The notes beneath the pieces were generated by a model that saw only the letters and a program-made list of their open reading frames with translations, ran no database searches and was not told the origin of the DNA. Shown here one piece after another: positions 50,286 through 60,226 of a DNA stretch of 62,000 bases. This DNA comes from Hyalangium minutum (GTDB lineage Bacteria; Myxococcota; Myxococcia; Myxococcales; Myxococcaceae). Position 1 is the first letter of the stretch; every line of letters begins with the position of its first letter. The stretch covers positions 206,001 to 268,000 of the forward strand of contig NZ_JMCB01000013.1 of NCBI RefSeq assembly GCF_000737315.1. Reading direction: 5' to 3'. A program made the translations under genes and the position numbers.

Positions 50286-50637
50286 GGGCTTCACGCCACC
50301 CCCGCCGCAGCACGATCGGCTGCCGAGCCTCCGCATCCTCGCGGTGCTCGTCGGCTGGCTGGTGCTCACCTCCCTGTCGGTGCTGGGCATGCGGTGGTGG
50401 GAGGCGCGGAACCAGCCTGCCGTAGCAGCGGGAACTCCGGCGCAGTTCGGCGAGGCGGAGATCGCGAACGTCAACCAGCGACCCTTCGCACTGGAGAAGG
50501 AGGCACCTCGGCTGCGAGCCGCTCAGGACTCGCGGCTGGAGCGCTATGGCTGGGTGGATCGCGGCGCGGGCGTCATCCATGTGCCCATCGAGCAGGCCAT
50601 GGATCAGGTGCTGGCGCAGGAAGGGAGGGGGCCATGA
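50278..50637 (+). CDS. actG: ActG-like single-TM subunit
   Basis: YGWVDRGAGVIHVPIEQAM motif; follows actF. Confidence 0.75.
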   Translation: MSEGFTPPPPQHDRLPSLRILAVLVGWLVLTSLSVLGMRWWEARNQPAVAAGTPAQFGEAEIANVNQRPFALEKEAPRLRAAQDSRLERYGWVDRGAGVIHVPIEQAMDQVLAQEGRGP

Positions 50638-51663
50638 TGGAGTTCTTGCGGCACCTCCTGTTCCTTCCTCGGGGGGGCTCCACGCTGGCGGACCGCGTGG
50701 ATCGCATCCACTTCTTCATCATCATCGTCACCTTCATCGTGGCGGTGTGCATCGGGCTCACGGGGCTCGTGTTCCTGGTGCGCTTCCGGCGCCGGCACGC
50801 CCTCGCCCTCACCCCTCGGGTGCAGGCCCCCGCGTGGCTGGAAGCGATCTTCATCAGCGTGCCCCTCTCCTTCTTCCTGCTTTGGGGCGTGCTCGGCTTC
50901 CGCGACTTCGTGTGGGTGAAGAACCCGCCGGCGGGCGCGCTGGATGTGTACGTGACGGGCAAGCAGTGGATGTGGAAGTTCGCGCTGACGGACGGCGTGG
51001 GCAGCGTGGGAGTGCTGCACGTGCCCACGGGGCGCCCGGTGCGGTTGATGATCACCTCGCGGGATGTCGTTCACTCGTTCTACGTGCCCGAGTTCCGGCT
51101 GAAGCAGGACGCGCTGCCTGGGCGCTATACGGAGACGTGGTTCGAGGTGAAGCATCCGGGGCGCTATCAGGTGCTGTGCGCCGAGTACTGCGGGTTGGAT
51201 CACTCGCACATGCTCGGAGAGGTGGTGGCGCTGGAGCCGGGCGATTTCGAGGCGTGGCGGGCCTGGCAGAAGGCCTTGCCCACGGCCAGTCCGGGGGAGA
51301 TATCCGAGCAGGTCTCCGGCGCGGATGAGCGGGGGCCACTGGCCGAGCTCGGGCGCACCGTGGCCGCGCAGAAGGGCTGCTTCAAGTGCCACACGGTGGA
51401 CGGGACGCCGCACATTGGGCCTACGTGGCTGGGGTTGTACGAGCGCGAGGAGCCGCTGGCGTCGGGCGGACGCATCCGGGCGGACGTGGCCTACCTCACC
51501 GAGTCGATGATGGATCCCGCCGCCAAGGTGGTGGCGGGCTTCAACCCGGTGATGCCCACATTCCATGGGCAGCTAAGCCCGGGGGAAGTGGCCGCGCTGG
51601 TGGAGTTCATCAAGTCACTGCGACCCGAGCGCCCCGTGCCTCCGGCCGCGCAGGAGCCCACCT

Positions 51664-51683
<20 letters not shown>
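50634..51683 (+). CDS. coxB: Cytochrome c oxidase subunit II with fused cytochrome c (caa3-type)
   Basis: KQWMW, DVVHSF, CAEYCGLDHSHM (CuA) and C-terminal CFKCH. Confidence 0.95.
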
Positions 51684-53290
<1,607 letters not shown>

Positions 53291-53301
<11 letters not shown>

Positions 53302-53941
53302 AGCGAGCGGGAGGCCAGTGGTTCCACACGCCGAGCACTTCGGCGATGAGGCGTCGCGTCAGGACGCGGCGCACATGGGCATGTGGATCTTCCTGGCGAC
53401 CGAGGTGCTGCTGTTCGCGGCCCTCTTCGCCGCCTATTCCCTGTACCGGCTGGCGTACCCGGAGGTCTTCTCTCAGGCGCGCGAGCACATGGATCTGGCG
53501 CTGGGGACGATCAACACCTACGTGCTGGTGAGCAGCAGCGTCCTCGTGGCGTTGGCGATCGCCTCCATCCGAAAGGGGAGGGATCTGGCGGCGGGGGTGC
53601 TGCTCGCGGGCGCGGTGCTGCTCGGCATCACCTTCCTCTGCATCAAGGGCATGGAGTACGCCCACCACGCGAAGGACAAAGCCCTGCCCGGCGCCCACTA
53701 CGCCTACGACAAGTTCGCCGTTCCCGGCGCGAGCCTCTACTTCACCCTCTACTGGATCATGACAGGCATCCACGCGGTGCACGTGACGGTGGGGATCGGG
53801 GTGCTCTCGGTGCTGTGCGGCCAGGCGCTGTCAGGGAAGTTCAGCGCGGCCTACCACACGCCAGTGGAGCTGGGCGGCATGTACTGGCACCTGGTGGACA
53901 TCGTCTGGTTGTTCCTCTGGCCGCTGCTCTACCTGGCGTGA
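53291..53941 (+). CDS. coxC: Cytochrome c oxidase subunit III
   Basis: GMWIFLATE, MTGIHAVHV, YWHLVDIVWLFL. Confidence 0.94.
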
Positions 53942-53971
53942 CGAGCGGCGGGTGTCGAGGAGGAGGCGCGC

Positions 53972-54382
53972 ATGGCGGAGACTCGAAGCAAGGAGCAGGG
54001 AGGGCGAGCCCACGGTGGTTATGGCAAGGCCCTGATCGTGGGCGTGGGGCTGCTGTCGCTCACCACGCTCTCGTTTGCGCTGTCGCGCCTGCACGTGGGA
54101 GCTTGGGGGCTCGTGGTGGCGGTGGCCATCGCGGTCATCAAGGTGACGCTGATAGCCTTCTTCTTCATGCACCTGTCGGAGCGAGCCGGAGGGCCCCGGC
54201 TGGTGTTCGCCACCGCGGTACTCTTCGTCATCATCCTTATCGGGCTGATCCTCGTGGAGGCCAGCGACCGGCCCCAGCCCGCGATGCCACCGGGGCCGTT
54301 CTCCGCCGAGCGGCTGCCGGGCCTGGATGAGCAGCCCCAGGCGGCTCCCACGCGCGAGCCCCCGAGCGAACAGACACCCTAG
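53972..54382 (+). CDS. coxD: Cytochrome c oxidase subunit IV
   Basis: IAVIKVTLIAFFFMHL motif. Confidence 0.88.
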   Translation: MAETRSKEQGGRAHGGYGKALIVGVGLLSLTTLSFALSRLHVGAWGLVVAVAIAVIKVTLIAFFFMHLSERAGGPRLVFATAVLFVIILIGLILVEASDRPQPAMPPGPFSAERLPGLDEQPQAAPTREPPSEQTP

Positions 54383-54945
54383 GCGCGAACCGCCTCCACG
54401 AGCGCGCGAAGCTTTGGGCGCTTCAGGGCACGGTAGAGCGTGGCCGTCAGCCTGCGGGCTGGCACCACCGCGCCCAGTGAGGCGCCAAAGGCCATGTGCA
54501 CCAACAGGAAGGCTCCGTGCGGCGCCTCGCGATCCAGCGGTGGCGAGGCGAACGGCACGATCAACCCCGGCATGATCACCTGGAGCGCCAGTCCCATCAA
54601 CATGCCGAGCATCAGCGCCGCCGTGGCGGTGCCGCCGCGTGGCAGCACCAGCGCGAAGAGGGTGGCCAGCCCTCCCGCGGTGGCCACATGGACCGCCAGG
54701 CCCACAAGCACTGAGAGCGCGCCGGTGGGGGCTTCCCGGAAGAAGACACCCCCTACCAGCCGGGCCGCATACCAGAGGTCTCCGTGGGTGAGCGCGCCCA
54801 GCGGCAGCGCCAGCGCTGCCATGAAGACCGCGCCGAGCAGACCCACGAAAGCCCCCGGCATGAGGACATCCCGGAAGAGCTTCCAGTGCTCCGCCTCCTC
54901 TTGCGTGGCGGCGAGGACCTGCCGGACGTGCTCAATGCGTTCCAT
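54379..54945 (-). CDS. Hypothetical integral membrane protein
   Basis: About 4 TM helices; ATG 54945 preceded by GGAGG; convergent with coxD. Confidence 0.7.
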   Translation of the reverse strand: MERIEHVRQVLAATQEEAEHWKLFRDVLMPGAFVGLLGAVFMAALALPLGALTHGDLWYAARLVGGVFFREAPTGALSVLVGLAVHVATAGGLATLFALVLPRGGTATAALMLGMLMGLALQVIMPGLIVPFASPPLDREAPHGAFLLVHMAFGASLGAVVPARRLTATLYRALKRPKLRALVEAVRA

Positions 54946-55002
54946 GCAACCCTCCACTCCTCTTTCGGAAAACGAGGAAAGTGACGGCGAAAGCCATGGG
55001 GA

Positions 55003-55131
55003 TGTCACGCTCGAGACGAGGGCCGAGCCAGCGCCGTCACCCAGCAGCGCGTAGTCGCCGATGGGCGGCTGAGGGCCTCGGGGAGAGCGTGGAGGCGCGT
55101 GAGGGCGGTGGCGATGGGAGGGCAGGTGCAT
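55003..55131 (-). pseudogene. N-terminal remnant of a GH15 glucoamylase/trehalase-like glycoside hydrolase
   Basis: PIGDYALLGDGAGSALVS matches the GH15 N-terminal I.DYAL.GD...ALVS motif; the rest of the enzyme is missing. Confidence 0.6.
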
Positions 55132-55143
55132 TCCAGAGGCTCA

Positions 55144-55259
55144 TCACTCCACGGGCTCCCGATCCGCGAAGAAGAGGGTGAACTCCACGTGGGCATCCTG
55201 ATCAGAGGCGTTGAGCCCTCGGCAATGGCCCACTGCTTGCTCCCGATAACGGTTGGCAT
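55144..55259 (-). pseudogene. Internally deleted, frameshifted ASRT (sensory rhodopsin transducer family) gene
   Basis: GGAGG RBS, then MPTVIGSKQWAIAEG, then in a shifted frame LNASDQDAHVEFTLFFADREPVE*; both are ASRT-like segments. Confidence 0.7.
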
Positions 55260-55277
55260 CTGTGTCCTCCAGCAGGG

Positions 55278-55703
55278 CTAGGTGAGCTGTTCTTGCACCA
55301 GGGCCAGATCCTCCTGGACTTGTCCCAAGGTCCGAGACATGGGCTGCTTGGGCAGGCTCCGCACTCCCTGGAGCGCCAGGGCCGCCGCGCCGCCCATCAT
55401 GCCGAGCCCCACCAGCAGCGTGAAGGAAGCGGGGCGTGTCCTCAGTGCCAAGGCGAGAGACACGGCGAGTGCGATGACTCCCCCCAGCCCCACGCCTGCG
55501 CTCGTGCCCAGCAGCGTCAAACTCTTGAGGGCCTGGCGAGCGTCCTCTCGCAGCTCCTGCCGGGCGGCCTCGAACTCCGCCTGCGCCAGCCGCTTGCCCT
55601 GGTCGATGGCCTGCCCCAGCAGCTCACGCGCCGACTCACCGGTCTCTCCCTGCGAACCCTTCATGTCCGTGGCTCCCGGCGCCTCTCGGTCCCTGGCGCT
55701 CAT
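55278..55703 (-). CDS. Phage_holin_3_6/DUF1469-like membrane protein
   Basis: RLAQAEFEAARQELREDAR, two TM helices, P..TLGQVQED tail. Confidence 0.75.
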   Translation of the reverse strand: MSARDREAPGATDMKGSQGETGESARELLGQAIDQGKRLAQAEFEAARQELREDARQALKSLTLLGTSAGVGLGGVIALAVSLALALRTRPASFTLLVGLGMMGGAAALALQGVRSLPKQPMSRTLGQVQEDLALVQEQLT

Positions 55704-55899
55704 GCTCTTGTCGCTTCGGCAAAGCTGAGCCTGATGCTCGTGGCGTGCAGTGCCAGCCGGTACACGGAGGGCGGGCCTCTGTCGGCATCCCAGCAGGGCG
55801 GCCGGGCGGCACAGCGCCTCACTTCATGACTTGGGCTCCCAAACTATTTTCCGTCTTGGAGAGACGTGTCTCCCTCCCAGGGTTCTCAGGGGGTCTTTC

Positions 55900-57027
55900 G
55901 TGGCGGCAGGGCACCCACGGGGCAGCGGGGCGGCACCCATCGAACGGGTGGAGGTATCCGCGTACCAAATCCCCACGGATGCCCCTGAGGCGGATGGCAC
56001 CTTCGCGTGGGACTCCACCACGCTGGTGGTCGTGGAGCTGACCGCCGGGGGCCAGCGGGGACTCGGCTACACGTATACGGACGCGGTGGCCGCGGCGCTG
56101 ATCTCCCGCGTCTTCGCCCAGGAACTGCGCTCTCAGGACGCCATGGACATTCCCGCGCGGATGACGGCGCTGCTGCGCCGGGTGCGCAACCTGGGGCGGC
56201 CGGGCCTGGTCTCCATGGCGCTGTCCGCTGTGGACGCCGCGCTCTGGGACGTGAAGGCCCGGCTGCTCGGCCTGCCTCTCGCACGGCTGCTCGGCGCCGT
56301 GAGGGAGCGGGTCCCCCTCTATGGAAGCGGAGGGTTCACCTCGTACTCCGTGGAGCGGCTCCAGCAGCAACTCGCGGGCTGGGCCGAGCAGGGCATCCCT
56401 CGCGTGAAGATGAAGGTGGGAAGCCACCCCGAGGAGGATCCCGCCCGCGTCCGTGCCGCCCGCACGGCCATTGGAGACCGCGTGGAGCTCTTCGTGGATG
56501 CCAATGGCGCGTACACCGTGGCGCAGACCCTGGCTCTCGCGGACCGCTTCGCCGAGTGCGGCGTCTCTTGGTTCGAGGAGCCCGTGTCCAGCGATGATCT
56601 CGAGGGGCTCCATCGCGTCCGCTCACGCGCCCCGGCCGGCATGGCGGTAGCAGCGGGGGAGTACGGGGATGGCGGCATCTACTTCCGCCGCATGCTGGCA
56701 GCGGGCGCGGTGGATGTGCTGCAGGCGGACGTCACACGGTGCCTGGGCATCACCGGCTTCCTCCAGGCGGACGCGCTGTGTGACGTCTACCAGGTGCCGC
56801 TCTCCGGGCACTGCGCCCCAGCGCTCCACGCCCATGTGGCATGCGCGGCCCGGCGGCTGGTGCACCTGGAGTACTTCCACGATCACGCCCGGCTGGAGCG
56901 GATGCTCTTCGAGGGCGTGCCCGAGGTGAGAGAGGGCGCGCTCGTGCCGGATCTCTCACGTCCGGGGCTGGGGCTGGAGCTGAAGCGGGCGGACGCCGCC
57001 CGCTACGCGATGGGGGACAACACATGA
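55900..57027 (+). CDS. Mandelate racemase/muconate-lactonizing (enolase superfamily) enzyme
   Basis: SAVDAALWD, VKMKVG, LFVDANG, WFEEP, AAGEY, LSGHC; GTG start assumed. Confidence 0.9.
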   Translation: MAAGHPRGSGAAPIERVEVSAYQIPTDAPEADGTFAWDSTTLVVVELTAGGQRGLGYTYTDAVAAALISRVFAQELRSQDAMDIPARMTALLRRVRNLGRPGLVSMALSAVDAALWDVKARLLGLPLARLLGAVRERVPLYGSGGFTSYSVERLQQQLAGWAEQGIPRVKMKVGSHPEEDPARVRAARTAIGDRVELFVDANGAYTVAQTLALADRFAECGVSWFEEPVSSDDLEGLHRVRSRAPAGMAVAAGEYGDGGIYFRRMLAAGAVDVLQADVTRCLGITGFLQADALCDVYQVPLSGHCAPALHAHVACAARRLVHLEYFHDHARLERMLFEGVPEVREGALVPDLSRPGLGLELKRADAARYAMGDNT

Positions 57028-60000
57028 GGACTTTCGCGCTTCTCGAGACGTTGATCGATCAGCACCGGCTCAAGCGAGGCCGGAGGCCCGAGCAGGTCCC
57101 TGAGCGCCGCGAGCGGCAGGAGGTGGACGTCAAGGGGCTGGAGTTGGCCTTGCGCGAGCGGCTCGAAGGGGAGGTGGAGTTTGACGCTGGCAGCCGCGCC
57201 CTCTACGCGACGGATTCCTCGAACTACCGGCAGGTCCCGCTGGGCGTCGTGCGTCCCCGCTCCATCGAGGATGTGATGGAGATCGTCCGTGTCTGCCGCC
57301 GGTTCGGCGCGCCGCTGCTCAGCCGGGGAGGGGGCACGAGCCTGGCGGGCCAGTCGTGCAACGTGGCCGTGGTGATGGACTTCTCCCGGTACCTGAACCG
57401 CATCCTGCACGTGGATCCCGAGCGGAAGCGGGTTCGGGTGCAGCCCGGCGTGGTGCTGGACAACCTGCGCAAGTTCACCATCGACCGCTACCAGCTCACC
57501 TTCGGTCCAGATCCCTCCACGCACAACCGCTGCACTCTGGGAGGCATGATCGGCAACAACGCCTGCGGCACGCACGCGCAGCGGGCGGGGCGGATGGAGT
57601 ACAACGTGGAGGAGCTGGAGGTCCTCACGTACGACGGGCTCCGCCTGCGCGTGGGCCCCACTCCGGAGCCGGAGCTCGAGCGCATCATCCGAGACGGAGG
57701 CCGGCGCGGGCAGCTCTACGCGGGGCTCAAGGCGCTGAGGGACAAGTACGCCCCGCTCATCCGCGAGCGCTACCCGAAGATCCCCCGGCGCGTCTCCGGC
57801 TACAGCCTGGACGAGCTGCTCCCGGAGAAGGGCTTCAACCTGGCCCGGGCCCTGGTGGGCACCGAGGGCACGTGCGTCACCGTCCTGGAGGCCACGCTGC
57901 GGTTGATCCCCGAGCCTCGGGCCCGCTCGCTGGTGGTGCTGGGCTACCCGGATGTGTTCCAGGCCGCGGACCACCTCCCCGAGGTGCTCGAGTCCCAGCC
58001 CATTGCCCTGGAGGGCCTGGATGGGGTGCTCGTGAACGACATGCGCCGCAAGGGCATGCATCCGAAGGACGTCGCGCTGCTGCCCGAGGGCGACGGCTGG
58101 CTCGTCGTGGAGTTCGGAGGGGACTCGAAGGAGGACTCGGACGCGCAGGCCCAGAAGTTGATGTCACGCCTGAAGCGCCACGCCCACGCGCCCACCATGC
58201 GCCTCTATGACAAGCCCGACGTGGAGCACCTCATCTGGGAGGTGCGTGAGTCCGGGCTGGGTGCCACCGCCTTCATTCCGGGCGAGCCGGACGCGTGGGA
58301 GGGTTGGGAGGACTCAGCGGTGGCTCCGGACCAACTGGGAGCCTACCTGCGCGAGTTCAAGAAGCTCCTGGGGAGTTTCGGCTACAGGACGGCGCTCTAC
58401 GGCCACTTCGGCCAGGGCTGCTTGCACTGCCGCATCAACTTCGACTTCACCACGCGCGCGGGCATCCAGAAGTACCGCCGCTTCGTGGAGGAGGCGGCGG
58501 ATCTGGTGGTGAAGCACCACGGCTCGCTCTCGGGCGAGCACGGGGATGGACAGTCCCGCGCGGAGCTGCTGCCGAAGATGTTCGGCGAGGAGCTGGTGCG
58601 TGCCTTCGGCGAGTTCAAGGCGATCTGGGATCCGGCCAACAAGATGAACCCCCACAAGAAGGTGTCGCCCTACCGGGTGGACGAGAACCTGCGGCTGGGC
58701 ACCCAGTACGCGCCGCCCCCGCTGGACACCCACTTCCAGTATCCAGAGGATCGCGGCAGCTTCGCCCGGGCCACCCTGCGCTGCGTGGGCGTGGGCAAGT
58801 GCCGCCGCGAGCAGGGCGGCGTCATGTGCCCCAGCTACATGGTGACGCGCGAGGAGAAGCACTCCACACGTGGCCGGGCGCACCTGCTCTTCGAGATGAT
58901 GCAGGGCGAGCCCCTCAAGGGCGGCTGGCGCAGCGAGCACGTGAAGGACGCGCTGGACTTGTGCCTGTCGTGCAAGGGCTGCAAGTCCGACTGCCCGGTG
59001 AACGTGGACATGGCCACGTACAAGGCCGAGTTCCTCAGTCACTACTACTCGGGCAAGGTGCGGCCGAGGCACGCCTATGCGTTCGGGCTCATCATGTTCT
59101 GGTCGCGGCTCGCCTCGCTGGCGCCTCGGGTGGCCAACTTCTTCACGCAGACGCCGGGGCTCAGCCGCGTGGCGAAGTGGGCGGCAGGAGTGCACCCGGC
59201 GCGGAGCATCCCGCCCTTCGCCCCTCGCTCTTTCCAGAGCCGGGTGCGCGGCCGGAAACCTGCGCCCACCACGCGCGGGCCCGTGGTGCTGTTCCCGGAC
59301 ACCTTCAACAACTTCTTCCACCCGGACACGGCGGGCGCGGCCCTGGAGGTGCTGGAGGCCGCGGGCTTCGAGGTGCGCGTGCCCCAGGGCTTCGTGTGCT
59401 GCGGCCGCCCGCTCTACGACTACGGCATGCTGGACACGGCCAAGGCGTTGCTCCAGCACACCCTCGCTCGCTTCCGCGAGGAGATCCGCGCGGGGGTGCC
59501 CTTCGTCTTTCTGGAGCCGAGCTGCGCAGCTGTGTTCCGGGACGAGCTGGTCAACCTCTTCCCGCATGACGACGACGCGAAGCGCCTGAAGCAGCAGACG
59601 TTCGTGCTGAGCGAGTTGCTGGAGAAGAAGGCGTCGGACTTCCAGGTGCCCACGCTGCGAGGCCGGGCACTGGTGCAGGGCCACTGCCACCACCAGTCGG
59701 TGATGAAGTTCGAGCAAGAGAGCGAGGTGCTGAAGAAGATCGGATTGGACTGGGAGAAGCCAGACTCCGGCTGCTGCGGGATGGCGGGGGCGTTCGGGTA
59801 CGAGGAGTCCCACTACGAGACGAGCGTGGCGTGCGGAGAGCGCGTCATCCTGCCCAAGGTACGGGAGGCGCCGCGAGGCACGCTTGTCATCGCGGACGGG
59901 TTTAGCTGCCGGGAGCAGATCCGGCAGGGCTCGGGGAGGACACCGGTCCACCTGGCGCATGTGCTGTGGGCGGCGCTCCGGCGCAAGCAACACCTGTTGG

Positions 60001-60179
60001 ATCGGGATGAGCCTGAGAAGGCCCTGCTCGAAGAGGCCCAGGCGCTCCTCGTGAGTGGGACCGTCCCGAAGGCGCGGTGGGGCGCCCTGGCAGGCGCTGG
60101 GCTGCTCGCCGTGGGGGCTGCCGCGGGCATCTTCCTTGGTGTTTCCCAGGTGAACAGCTTGAGGAAGAGGCTCTCCTGA
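57024..60179 (+). CDS. FAD-linked oxidase fused to Fe-S/CCG domains (GlcD/GlcF, Dld-II-like)
   Basis: RGGGTSLAGQ, GPDPST, GTEGT, SGEHGDG, CVGVGKC, CLSCKGCKSDCP, CCGRP, GCCGMAG. Confidence 0.92.
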   Translation: MRTFALLETLIDQHRLKRGRRPEQVPERRERQEVDVKGLELALRERLEGEVEFDAGSRALYATDSSNYRQVPLGVVRPRSIEDVMEIVRVCRRFGAPLLSRGGGTSLAGQSCNVAVVMDFSRYLNRILHVDPERKRVRVQPGVVLDNLRKFTIDRYQLTFGPDPSTHNRCTLGGMIGNNACGTHAQRAGRMEYNVEELEVLTYDGLRLRVGPTPEPELERIIRDGGRRGQLYAGLKALRDKYAPLIRERYPKIPRRVSGYSLDELLPEKGFNLARALVGTEGTCVTVLEATLRLIPEPRARSLVVLGYPDVFQAADHLPEVLESQPIALEGLDGVLVNDMRRKGMHPKDVALLPEGDGWLVVEFGGDSKEDSDAQAQKLMSRLKRHAHAPTMRLYDKPDVEHLIWEVRESGLGATAFIPGEPDAWEGWEDSAVAPDQLGAYLREFKKLLGSFGYRTALYGHFGQGCLHCRINFDFTTRAGIQKYRRFVEEAADLVVKHHGSLSGEHGDGQSRAELLPKMFGEELVRAFGEFKAIWDPANKMNPHKKVSPYRVDENLRLGTQYAPPPLDTHFQYPEDRGSFARATLRCVGVGKCRREQGGVMCPSYMVTREEKHSTRGRAHLLFEMMQGEPLKGGWRSEHVKDALDLCLSCKGCKSDCPVNVDMATYKAEFLSHYYSGKVRPRHAYAFGLIMFWSRLASLAPRVANFFTQTPGLSRVAKWAAGVHPARSIPPFAPRSFQSRVRGRKPAPTTRGPVVLFPDTFNNFFHPDTAGAALEVLEAAGFEVRVPQGFVCCGRPLYDYGMLDTAKALLQHTLARFREEIRAGVPFVFLEPSCAAVFRDELVNLFPHDDDAKRLKQQTFVLSELLEKKASDFQVPTLRGRALVQGHCHHQSVMKFEQESEVLKKIGLDWEKPDSGCCGMAGAFGYEESHYETSVACGERVILPKVREAPRGTLVIADGFSCREQIRQGSGRTPVHLAHVLWAALRRKQHLLDRDEPEKALLEEAQALLVSGTVPKARWGALAGAGLLAVGAAAGIFLGVSQVNSLRKRLS

Positions 60180-60226
60180 CACGTTCTCCTTTCTCACCTC
60201 ACTCCTGACGCAGACCGAGGCACACG

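Noticed and set aside
55144-55259. A rhodopsin-based light-sensing system
   Set aside because: No opsin gene in the window; ASRT homologues commonly occur without rhodopsin, and this copy is broken.
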